This document shows positions 48,464 through 57,589 of a DNA stretch of 64,000 bases, piece by piece (within the stretch, counting starts at the first letter, position 1; every line of letters begins with the position of its first letter). Position numbers and translations under genes: made by a program. The stretch covers positions 17,298 to 81,297 of the forward strand of contig CAZUNO010000011.1 of assembly GCA_964621445.1 (NCBI GenBank), in the 5' to 3' direction. The stretch comes from Candidatus Hadarchaeota archaeon (GTDB lineage: Archaea > CAYQAE01 > CAYVLA01). Below the pieces are notes generated by a model that saw nothing but the letters and a program-made list of their open reading frames with translations, was not told the origin of the DNA and did no database searches.

Positions 48464-48739
48464 GTGGATATCGAGGAAGAGGTGGAGAGGGCAGTTCAGG
48501 AGTTTAACAGGTATCGCTCTCCCGAGGCCAGGGCCCAGGTAATGTCCATATCCGAGAATGGCTCGATAGGCATATCGTTCACCGGGACTTTCTGTAAATC
48601 ATGCGGGTACCACGACTATTTCGACGACTTTTCCGTGGTCCTGGAGGAGATGGGTATGGAGAGCGAGATGGGATCGATCAGGGAACTTGATGAGGGTGGT
48701 GCCGTGGTGGAGTTCTTCTTGCATGAGAAACCTGGTTAA
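48464..48739 (+). CDS. Small archaeal hypothetical protein
   Basis: EFNRYRSPEA, FTGTFCKSCGYHDYFDDF (CxxC). Confidence 0.75.
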   Translation: MDIEEEVERAVQEFNRYRSPEARAQVMSISENGSIGISFTGTFCKSCGYHDYFDDFSVVLEEMGMESEMGSIRELDEGGAVVEFFLHEKPG

Positions 48740-48784
48740 CGAGAGACCCGATTTGGCTTAGTGTGTGATTGTGGAGGGCGAGAC

Positions 48785-49032
48785 CTGAAGCGATTTACGG
48801 CTTTTCTTACCCTGGCGGCGGGTATTACCCTGCTGGCCTCGGGCGGTATTATGGAGTTACTCTATACCTTACGGGAAGAAAGGTTCTAATGGTGGTATGC
48901 CAGGAGGATTTTCGGGGCGAGTAGCTCACCATGGAGAGGCAAGGTAGGATAGTGACCGGTAAGAACCCTGGAGCGGCCAGTAGGTTTGCCCGAACCGTGG
49001 CCCGGGCGATGGAAGAGGAGCTGTCAGCCTAG
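48785..49032 (+). pseudogene. DJ-1/PfpI-family remnant (frameshift, internal stop, large central deletion)
   Basis: Manual translation: GRKVLMVVCQEDFRGE*L joined directly to ERQGRIVTGKNPGAASRFARTV; hydrophobic leader in another frame. Confidence 0.6.
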
Positions 49033-49052
49033 CTCACTTCCCGGTTAATCTG

Positions 49053-49472
49053 CTAGATGTCCACGAAGTATCTGATGAGTGCCTGCTCGTCAGTTTCCTG
49101 GATCTTCATCTGGTGGTAGGTTATGGCCTTTACCTCGGTCCCGCTGCCATGTCTCGCCTGCTCGAACTTCTCGCCCTTTACCGCGGCCTGTATACTTGGG
49201 GGGTCACGGGAGAAGTCCTTCACATCGATCTCCACTATGATAAGGTTGGAGGTGTCGAAGATGTATATGAGTTCCTCCAGCCAGGAATAGAGCAGGGATT
49301 CCAGGTCTTCACCGGAGGCCGAGACCTCGACCGATTCCTGGGGTCCGAATTGATCGGTATCGGTCATTATGCCAAAAAGGGCGATGCCGGCTTCCGAAAA
49401 AGCCTGGGGAAGGTTACCGGCCTTGACCTCCACTCCCACGTCAGCCGTGTGTTCAAGGTAACGAAAGGTCAT
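49053..49472 (-). CDS. Archease (RtcB cofactor)
   Basis: FRYLEHTADV, LLYSWLEEL, EVKAITYH, terminal VDI. Confidence 0.95.
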   Translation of the reverse strand: MTFRYLEHTADVGVEVKAGNLPQAFSEAGIALFGIMTDTDQFGPQESVEVSASGEDLESLLYSWLEELIYIFDTSNLIIVEIDVKDFSRDPPSIQAAVKGEKFEQARHGSGTEVKAITYHQMKIQETDEQALIRYFVDI

Positions 49473-49539
49473 TCACTGGTCACAGAGCGGGATTAAGTGC
49501 GAAATAGATATATCTTGCACCCTTGAACGAGGGAGCAAG

Positions 49540-50292
49540 TTGAGCCATCTTTACCTGGTGGGCCTGGGGCTTAACCCCAAGGCCTTTTCCGAGGAGGCAG
49601 TTGAGGTCATAAGCGGCTGTGAGAGGGTCTTTCGCGAGGCCTATACCAGCCCCATACCAGGGCTGGACGGGGAGGTTCTTCATGGTCGGCTGGCGGTAGA
49701 GGTGGAGCAGCTGGGTCGGGGACCGGTCGAGGATGCCTCGGTCCTGATGGACGCTCTTTCGACGGGCGATGTGGCCCTTCTGGTCCCCGGGGACCCCATG
49801 ATCTCCACCACTCACATATCGCTGCGAGTGGAGGCGGCCGAGAGGGGACATGATTCCAGCATAATACACTCCAGCTCCATAATGTCCGCGGCCATTGGGG
49901 AGAGCTGCCTGACCGCGACCAAGTTCGGGCGAATGGCCACCATATCATTCATGAAATCCAGACAGCCCTACCATGTGCTGGCATTGAACTCCGAAATGGG
50001 GCTGCACACCCTGTTCCTGTTGGATGTCGATGAGGAGGACGGGAAATACATGTCCGTGAGACAGGCCCTGGAGTCCCTTCTGGAGGTAGAGGAGGATGAG
50101 GGAGGGAGTGTTATCGCCCTGGATACCCTGGCCATAGGTATGGCAAGGATCTCCTGCGGGGATCAGGTTATAGAGGCCGGGAAAGTTAAGCATCTCCTCG
50201 GTCACGACTTTGGAGCGCCCCCTCACTGCCTGGTGGTTCCCGGGGAGCTACATTTCTCGGAAAGGGAAGCCATGGATGCCCTTCTGGGATAG
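49540..50292 (+). CDS. dph5: Diphthine synthase
   Basis: LYLVGLGL, EAYTS, GDPMISTTH, KFG, GLHTLFLLD, PPHCLVVPG.LHF.E. Confidence 0.93.
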   Translation: MSHLYLVGLGLNPKAFSEEAVEVISGCERVFREAYTSPIPGLDGEVLHGRLAVEVEQLGRGPVEDASVLMDALSTGDVALLVPGDPMISTTHISLRVEAAERGHDSSIIHSSSIMSAAIGESCLTATKFGRMATISFMKSRQPYHVLALNSEMGLHTLFLLDVDEEDGKYMSVRQALESLLEVEEDEGGSVIALDTLAIGMARISCGDQVIEAGKVKHLLGHDFGAPPHCLVVPGELHFSEREAMDALLG

Positions 50293-50304
50293 GAGAATCG
50301 ATCT

Positions 50305-50320
50305 GAAAAGATATTTAAAC
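50305..50320 (+). promoter_or_regulatory. BRE/TATA promoter of tRNA-Lys
   Basis: GAAAAGATATTTAAAC about 25 nt upstream of the tRNA. Confidence 0.7.
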
Positions 50321-50343
50321 TTTTTGAGGTCTCCGGTGGTTTG

Positions 50344-50456
50344 GGGCCCGTAGCTTAGTCTGGTAGATCCCATCGGGAGTCAACAGCGATGGGCTCTTAA
50401 CCCATTGAAGAATTTTCTTCGGGGAAAGGTCTGGGGTTCAAGTCCCCACGGGCCCG
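50344..50456 (+). tRNA. tRNA-Lys(CUU) with two non-canonical introns (50367-50384 at 22/23; 50406-50426 at 43/44); CCA not encoded
   Basis: Removing the two inserts gives GGGCCCG-TA-GCTT-AGTCTGGTA-GAGC-G-ATGGG-CTCTTAA-CCCAT-AGGTC-TGGGG-TTCAAGT-CCCCA-CGGGCCC-G, a complete cloverleaf. Confidence 0.92.
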
Positions 50457-50549
50457 CTCCTATAGCCAGCAGACATCTACTTTCTATTTTCGTGGCGCCT
50501 TACCATGGGCGCTGATTTCCATCTATTGGGAGCCTCGGCTAGGTTATCA

Positions 50550-51692
50550 TTATCTTCGCCAGCGGAGTCGGTAGTTCAGCTCACCCGTTACCAGTTCTTT
50601 CCGAAGGTTTTCCGGGATTTCGATCACATACACCTGGGACAAACCGGTCTCGTTTGAGGTAAAAGCCACCCTAGTTGCGTCCCGGTTGAAGGAAGGGTGG
50701 GGGTGCGTTAGCTGTTGGTGTCCGAACCGCAGCGGCGGGTTGACCAATTTAGCGTATCGGCCTGACGGCACGTGGACTAGGAAAATACCTTCCATGGGCC
50801 AGTTGGTGTCGGCCACCCCCCATCGCCCATCTTCGCTAGAGGCCGAATGGCAGAAATAGGGCCCACTGCAGATCTCAGTTTTTTCGGTACCATCGATGCT
50901 GGCGATGGCGATTCCGTGGTCCGGGGGGAGGTAGGTGCCAATTCGTACATCGCTCTTGCCATGCCATGTGCAGTGGGAGAACTGATGGGATCCCGGTATT
51001 CTTCGCAGGTCTTTCCCGTCGATCTGGCAGGTGTACTCCCCGTCCTTGCCGAAAAATGCTAGAATGGTTCCCTCATAATTTGAAGTAAGGTGGCAGAGCG
51101 GGTATCCGTGGGCAAAGGTAGTCGTCTCCGTCCCGTCGGTGCGAAATCTGACGATGAGGTGTTTCCCATCCCGGTCTTTTCCGATGGACAGGAAGAAAGT
51201 GCCATCGCCAGTCAGTGTTGAGGGACCCAGGCTGTGGACGGATTCACACCTTGCTATCTCCCTCTCCTCGAAGGTGTCGATGTCTAGAGCCAGCAGGGCG
51301 TTGTCCCTCACGCCGTAGATTACCCTCGGAGTTCCGGGAGAGGGGATCGGCGAACCCAGGGGATGTTTCTCGTCGCTGAGCTGCACCAGGTTTCTGCCAT
51401 CAGCATCTACACGAAAGAGGTCCCAGTCGGAATTCCGGCTCGCCATGCGCTGTGAGAGAAAAAGAAGGGTTCTGTTGTCCACCGTGAAATTGGGATTTTC
51501 GAAATACAGGGTCCGACTGTGCAGGGGGGCGTTGGTGAGCTGTACGTAGTAGACTCCTGTTTCCGGATCTCGTTGTTTGATCCGTTCCCACTCGTATGAT
51601 TTCCCGCGTTCTCCGGCGTATGTGGAGAGGCATAGGATTGAGTAGACTAGAAATGCGATTCCCCACCAGGTTTGAGCCATTTCAATGTACAT
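50550..51692 (-). CDS. Oligogalacturonate lyase-like / TolB-like beta-propeller with N-terminal signal or TM
   Basis: DPETG...QLT, LYFENPNFT, THPHPSF....VAFTS..TG..QVY. Confidence 0.8.
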   Translation of the reverse strand: MYIEMAQTWWGIAFLVYSILCLSTYAGERGKSYEWERIKQRDPETGVYYVQLTNAPLHSRTLYFENPNFTVDNRTLLFLSQRMASRNSDWDLFRVDADGRNLVQLSDEKHPLGSPIPSPGTPRVIYGVRDNALLALDIDTFEEREIARCESVHSLGPSTLTGDGTFFLSIGKDRDGKHLIVRFRTDGTETTTFAHGYPLCHLTSNYEGTILAFFGKDGEYTCQIDGKDLRRIPGSHQFSHCTWHGKSDVRIGTYLPPDHGIAIASIDGTEKTEICSGPYFCHSASSEDGRWGVADTNWPMEGIFLVHVPSGRYAKLVNPPLRFGHQQLTHPHPSFNRDATRVAFTSNETGLSQVYVIEIPENLRKELVTGELNYRLRWRR

Positions 51693-51825
51693 GATCTCTT
51701 CCCTCTTTCTGGATATCCAAGGTTAGCTGAGCCGAGATCTTTAAATGGTGCTAGCATGGAGGCGCGGTCAAAGATATTTGTCTCATCCGGGATACTGGCT
51801 TCGACTGAGATGGGGAGGTGGTTTT

Positions 51826-53739
51826 GTGAATGAAAATTACTCAAATTCAAAGGAAATTGACGGTGGGAGAAGGGCAGCTGGTGGAGATATTGCATCGGTA
51901 CAGGAGGGAGAGACCCTGGTAATCGCCGATGATGGTACCAGTAAATATCTTATCGTGATCTCGGTATCGGCCTCCCCCTCGGAAAGGCGTGCAGCCGCTG
52001 AGCTCCAGATGTTTCTGGAACAGATCTGTGGGGTCCGTCTTCCAATAATCAATGACCAGGAGCCTATTGGGGGACATGAAATAATACTTGGGAAAAATGA
52101 TCACCTGGCCGAGCTTGGTATTCGTGTGGATTTCTCGGAGATGGGGGATGAGGGATTCATCATTCGCACCATGTGCCCGCACCTGGTGATTGTCGGTGGT
52201 CGCCGCAGTGGCACGATGTACGGGGTGTATGCCTTTCTTGAGGAGCATCTGGGTTGCCGGTGGTTTACATCACAGGTCAGCTACATACCCTCAATGCCAC
52301 GACTCCAGGTCGGTCCCATTGATGATATGCAGGTGCCGGCTTTGGAGTACCGGGACGTGTTCTTCCTGGACTCCAGGGATCCTGATTGGGCGGCACGGAA
52401 TAGGGTTAACGGTACCTGGACCCTGACCGAGGAACATGGAGGCAATGTCAGCTTTTACCCCTTCGGCCACTCTTTCTGGAATCTGATTCCATCTGATGAG
52501 TTTTTTGAGTCGCATCCCGAATGGTTTCCCCTCATCGATGGGGAGCGCACGCTGAGCGGTAAATACGTTCGTCGGACCCAGCTATGCCTAACCAACGAGG
52601 AGATGATCGAGCAGGCCATCGAGAGGGTAAAGGAGTGGATCAGGGAACACCCCGAGGCCAATATGATCTCCATTTCCCAGAACGATGGATGGGGTGGTTG
52701 GTGTGAGTGTGAGGATTGTGCAGCTCTTGAGGAAAAGGAGGGTGGCACGCATTCGGCACCGATGATATACTTTGTTAATCGCGTAGCAGAGGCCGTAGCG
52801 GAGGACTACCCGGATATAAAGATCGATACCCTTGCATATAGCTACTCATGGAAGGCGCCGAAGACCCTAAAACCCTTCCCAATGTTGTCGTTCGCCTGGT
52901 AACGGGTGCCTACCCACGAGGTGACCCGCTTGCTGTAACCATCCCCTGGGGGATGAGAAGTGTTATGTGAATGCCGATCTGAGGGAAAGGATCAGTGACT
53001 GGGCCCGGCTCACGGACCGCCTCTACGTTTGGGATTACATAGTCAATTTTCGTCAATACCTCTTACCGCTGCCCAATATTCACACTTTGGGACCCAATAT
53101 CAGGTTTTTCGTTGAGAATGGGGTGAAGGGTGTTTTTGAGCAGGGCAGCGGCGATGTTGTATTCAGCGATATGACCTTCCTGAAGGCCTATCTGGTGGCC
53201 AAGCTCCTTTGGAACCCGGAGTACGATGTTAATATGGGAATAAAGGAGTTCCTTGCGGCCTACTACGGCCAGGCGGCCGAACCCATCGGTGATTTTCTTG
53301 AAATGCTTAAGGCGGAGGTTGAGGGCGGTGATTACTACCTGTTGCACGTTAAGCTATTCAATCCAAGCATCGATCTGCCCTATCTAACGCCGGAATTCCT
53401 TTCCAGGGCGAAGTCCCTATTGAAGAGGCCGAAAATTGGATCTCTGACCACCGAGAGGTCCTTTCTAGGGTTAGGGCGGCGGGGTTGTTCCTGGGTTACC
53501 TGAAGCTACGAATGGCCATGCGGGTCATGCCCCTGTCTGATTCAGAGGGAGGTGGTCTCCCGGTCAGGGATTGGTATGAGGACAACATGGAGAATTTCTT
53601 CTCAAAGGCCGAGGAGGTCGGTGTGACACACTGGCGGGCAACCTGCTATAAGGACAGCTCCATGGAGGGTTTACGACGGAAAGCTGGGTCGTTATTGCAG
53701 CTTCCGGAGACGGGCCAAAAAGCCGGCAAACAGGATTAA
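51826..53739 (+). pseudogene. DUF4838 / alpha-glucuronidase-N-domain protein split by frameshifts
   Basis: Three consecutive ORF pieces (GTMYGVYAFLEEHLGCRWF, QLCLTN, SISQND, WCEC..C, TLAY; then LYVWDY, AKLLWNP); shifts near 52877, 52925 and 53420. Confidence 0.75.
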
Positions 53740-56199
53740 GATGATACCCGCCAGGTCCAGTTCACTGATCTCGAGAGAGACGGAATCGAGGTAGAGGGTC
53801 CCGGTCCCCAGGATGGTGAACTTCAGGGATTTTAGTCTGGAGCCAAATCTCCATTCGAGATCCCGGGTTGGTATTCGCACCCTCGTCCAGGTACAGGAGG
53901 GGAGTTCCAGGGGAAGATCCGTCACCGACACGGACTTGCCGGAACCGGAGCCGGTCTTGCCCACAACGATATCGGTGAGGGATGTATTTCCGGGATTGAT
54001 CGAGAAACACAGCTCATGGTAGCCCCAGGGAGTGATGGATTGTGCATCCTGGGGTTTGTACTCGATGGAGCCAAACCTGTCCAGGGTGACTTGCTGGCAG
54101 GTTCCCTCATCAACCGCCTTTCGGGATTCCAGCTCGACATCGGCCCTGGATGACTGAATGGTCCAGCCTGGCTCCAGGCCGTTGGAGTATATGTGCAGGT
54201 CCGTATGGGGTTCAGTAATCGAGGGGACACCGTCCAGGCGATAAAGATCGATGTCCCTGGCGAAGTATATTCTTCCCTCGTGATCAACCGCCAGGTCAAT
54301 GCCACCTGATGAGAGCCTCTCCATTCCCAGGCCATCCTCGGGCGAGGACAGGGGCTTCATCCTGAACAGTGTGCTGGCGCTTATCCCGTAGATGAGCCCG
54401 TCATCGAGAACCAGGAGCTTTCTCGGCGTCCCGGTTCCTGTCGAATCCATATAGATGATATCTCCTACCTCCGGATCGTAGATAAAGACCCTAGAGCCGG
54501 AGAACCCGTATATCCTGCCGTCGGGAGCGGTTACCAGAGAATCTATGCTGTCCTCCTCGGGAAATGGAACAATGTCCAGAGTCTTCCTGCCCTCCTTGAC
54601 ATCCCAGGCGAAGAAGTGGGCCTCGTTGGCAATGGGCGTTGTACCGCCTCCTCCCCTCGTGCTCGATCCCCCATAGACGGTCCATCCGTCGGCGCCCGTG
54701 GTGAGGGATACCACGCTTTGGTTGGGGATGATGTTTCTATGAACCTCGAATTGGTCGAGATCCGGGTCATAGGAGGAGAGCGCCCCGCCCATCTTACCAT
54801 ATGCCGGAATGGAGCCGATATAGAGGCGTCCGTCGGCCGCTGAAACCAGGGCGGGAGGCCTGTACTGCTCCTCTCCGACGGAGCCAATCCTCCTTGGGCT
54901 GTCCCCGACTTCCGTCCCTGGCTGCCACGGTTCCTTGGGGTCGTAAACGCTGAGAATTGAGTTGGTATAGGAGGCCATGTAGAGCTTGCCTTCCTGGGAG
55001 CAGAAGCTGTAGAACTCCCCGCTGGCACCGGGTATGGGAACTCCCAGGTCCTCCAGGATCTCGCCATTGGGCTGGTACCTGAATAGGTGAAGTAGGTTGT
55101 ACACCCCTCCATAGATGCAGCCATCGGGACCCGTTCCCAGGCTGAATATTTTCATGCCCTCCCCGTCCTGGCTTACGTCGACGCTGGCCAGCTCCTTGCC
55201 GCTGGTCAGGTTTCTCGCGATAAACACCTGTCCGCCGTTGGTCCTTCGGTAGCTAATCCCGGTCGAATTGTCGTAGAAGGAGCACGATGGGGTGTCGTAA
55301 GGTTCGAGCTCCCCCGAGGTTTTATTATATCGGCGGTATCCCCCGGGCAGACCGGAGATCAGTACGGGACCCCCAGATCTCTGTTTATGAATTGATACAA
55401 CTCCACCCTCCTCGGGGTGCCTGATCTCCGACAGCAGCTCGTAGGTGTTGGCGTCGAAGATGAGAACTATCTCCTCGAAGTGTAGGAATGCGTATACCAG
55501 GTCGTTTTCGGAATCCATCTTGTAGGCAAAGGAGTTCCACTTGTACCTCTCGGGGAGTATGCTCGTCTTCTCTCCGGTTTGAGGGTCATATGCTATTATG
55601 TCCGCGTGGGACCCTATACCACAGAAGATGCGGCCGTTATCGGCAACGGCCAGGTCCCTACAGTATTTTTCGGTAGGATGCATGCGCCCCAGGTCACGTA
55701 TCTTGTCCTGTTCAGGATCGTACATAACCACCTTCGCGTTAGGATAGGTGGCCCCGTATATCCTTCCTTGTGGCCCCTTATGCAGGGTCCACACGAATTG
55801 CTCGCCAGCGGCGCTTCCATGATCGGTTATATCCTCCGTGGTTGGGTCGAAACTGAAGATCCTTCCCTCGTCCACGGTCCCTATGTAGATGGTCCCGTCC
55901 TCACCCTCACACAATCCATATGCCCCCTTGGTTCCAGGGAGGGGGAAGTAGTCCACCTCACCCTTTGCGTAGTCGAATCTTATCAGCCTGGAGGTCCCGG
56001 CTCCGGTATAGGTCCCTGCATAGAATATTGGTCTTCCAGTCCCCTCATCGGTTACCAGAAGCTGGCCCCATATGGTCATCGCCTTGACAGGTGTTCCGAT
56101 CCGATGCTCAGTCGGCTGGGCGGACGCCTGGAGAGGGACCAGCAGGGCCAGTAGGAATATCAGTACATATCGAAACGATTGATCGGAAAATCCCTTCAA
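53692..56199 (-). CDS. Secreted multi-blade beta-propeller protein with C-terminal CBM-like domain and TM anchor
   Basis: Signal peptide; repeated DG.IY.G.....YDP blades; jelly-roll-like C-domain; ISE-TM-RLRK terminus. Confidence 0.82.
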   Translation of the reverse strand: MKGFSDQSFRYVLIFLLALLVPLQASAQPTEHRIGTPVKAMTIWGQLLVTDEGTGRPIFYAGTYTGAGTSRLIRFDYAKGEVDYFPLPGTKGAYGLCEGEDGTIYIGTVDEGRIFSFDPTTEDITDHGSAAGEQFVWTLHKGPQGRIYGATYPNAKVVMYDPEQDKIRDLGRMHPTEKYCRDLAVADNGRIFCGIGSHADIIAYDPQTGEKTSILPERYKWNSFAYKMDSENDLVYAFLHFEEIVLIFDANTYELLSEIRHPEEGGVVSIHKQRSGGPVLISGLPGGYRRYNKTSGELEPYDTPSCSFYDNSTGISYRRTNGGQVFIARNLTSGKELASVDVSQDGEGMKIFSLGTGPDGCIYGGVYNLLHLFRYQPNGEILEDLGVPIPGASGEFYSFCSQEGKLYMASYTNSILSVYDPKEPWQPGTEVGDSPRRIGSVGEEQYRPPALVSAADGRLYIGSIPAYGKMGGALSSYDPDLDQFEVHRNIIPNQSVVSLTTGADGWTVYGGSSTRGGGGTTPIANEAHFFAWDVKEGRKTLDIVPFPEEDSIDSLVTAPDGRIYGFSGSRVFIYDPEVGDIIYMDSTGTGTPRKLLVLDDGLIYGISASTLFRMKPLSSPEDGLGMERLSSGGIDLAVDHEGRIYFARDIDLYRLDGVPSITEPHTDLHIYSNGLEPGWTIQSSRADVELESRKAVDEGTCQQVTLDRFGSIEYKPQDAQSITPWGYHELCFSINPGNTSLTDIVVGKTGSGSGKSVSVTDLPLELPSCTWTRVRIPTRDLEWRFGSRLKSLKFTILGTGTLYLDSVSLEISELDLAGIILILFAGFLARLRKLQ

Positions 56200-56470
56200 T
56201 GCTCAACACCTTGTAAAAAGACTGGGCGATGGTGCCTCCCTGTAGGACAGGTAACCAGGGTCGTGTTTTTGCCTAAGGAGATCGAACCGCTTTTCCCACA
56301 ACACATACCATGGATGTTGGGAACCCGGTTATTGAGCGGACCCTCGGTCCCCTGGCTAGGTTTATCTTTATTGGGTTGTAAATTCCCTGCCTTTCCACCA
56401 GATCCGGTTTCCTGGAGGTCACCAACCATGACGAGGGTCATGGTGTTCCCTGAAATAAAAAATTAGCATT

Positions 56471-56800
56471 CTATTCTCGTGCATCGGCGACTTGCCTGCA
56501 CTCCTCCTTGAATTGACATCTGAAGCAGGCGGGCTTCCTCTGCTTGGTCATCTTGCAATCCAGAAATGAGCCCAGGTAGCATTGCCACCTCAAACTGCAC
56601 CCCTGCCCCCTGATGGCGTCACGTATTGTTTTCCCCCAGTGTTTGGACCAATCACCGTAATAGGTTATGCATATCTGGTTCTCCCTGGTGGCGATTCCCT
56701 CAGGGCGCGGGGTTTCGATATCTTGTACCTTCGGTCCTTCCGGCTTCGGCTCTATCGAGAAGACCTTGCCCCTGAGCCGTTTTTCTTTGTCGCTTTCCAT
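56471..56800 (-). CDS. Small Cys-rich hypothetical protein (possible metal binding)
   Basis: C-terminal C-x5-C-x7-C-x9-C-x2-C-x5-C; followed by a T-run on the minus strand. Confidence 0.6.
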   Translation of the reverse strand: MESDKEKRLRGKVFSIEPKPEGPKVQDIETPRPEGIATRENQICITYYGDWSKHWGKTIRDAIRGQGCSLRWQCYLGSFLDCKMTKQRKPACFRCQFKEECRQVADARE

Positions 56801-57192
56801 GGTCAATAGCTCCTTGGCTTTTGGTTTATTTGCAGGTCATTGCGTTAGACTTATATTGCGGTTAATGGGTATTCCAGGGTTTTGCCCCATCATCGAGATT
56901 CAAGTCATATCCCGGTGCCAGCGCGGCTTCTCGTGAAGTTTAAAACCGGTGGCCAGGCAATGACGGTGGGGCAAATAGTTTTCCCTGCCTCCGGGAAAGC
57001 TTAGGACTCCGAACCTCTATCCCTGTTGCCTTTGTTAATTGGTATGCCTGTTGATAACTGTGTGTTAATGGACCGGCCAAATCATATCACGGTCAAGCAG
57101 ATTTCCAATGCCATTGGGTTAATGGCTCCTTTATTGGTCAATTAAGCAATGATAATGGTTGCTTAAAATGGCAGAGCAAGTAAATAGATGGC

Positions 57193-57564
57193 ATGGGACC
57201 TGAAAATAGAATAGTCTTCGTTTACAATGCCGACAGCGGTACTTTAAACGCCCTGAAGGACTATGTCCAAAAGAACGTGTCACCAGATGACTACGAATGC
57301 AATCTATGTGCCCTCACCTACGGAAATTTAGGCATGAAGAAGAGATGGAGAAGGTTTATCGACGGGCTGGACGCGGAGATCAAGTTCCTTCATAGGGACG
57401 AATTCCGGGAGATGGACCGGGATGGTGACCCCGACCTTCCGGCGGCCTTCGTGGAAAGCGATGGAGGGCTTGACCTGCTTATCACCAGCGACGAGATTAA
57501 CCACCAGGGGACCCTGGAGGAGCTAATGGACCTGGTGGAGGATAGGGTGGGTGAAAAGACCTGA
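57193..57564 (+). CDS. Hypothetical thioredoxin-like protein with CxxC
   Basis: IVFVYNADSG, YECNLCALTYG, FLHRDEF. Confidence 0.8.
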   Translation: MGPENRIVFVYNADSGTLNALKDYVQKNVSPDDYECNLCALTYGNLGMKKRWRRFIDGLDAEIKFLHRDEFREMDRDGDPDLPAAFVESDGGLDLLITSDEINHQGTLEELMDLVEDRVGEKT

Positions 57565-57589
57565 GGGGCCTAAAACCCATGCACCTCTA

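Noticed and set aside
48889-49032. Pyrrolysine read-through at the in-frame TAG of the PfpI-like fragment
   Set aside because: The TAG sits where Glu (GAG) is expected, the gene lacks its central catalytic region, and no pyl genes are in the window.
56425-56444. Perfect 8-bp hairpin ACCATGAC-GAGG-GTCATGGT
   Set aside because: An isolated hairpin next to a terminator-like T-run, with no further structure to support an ncRNA.
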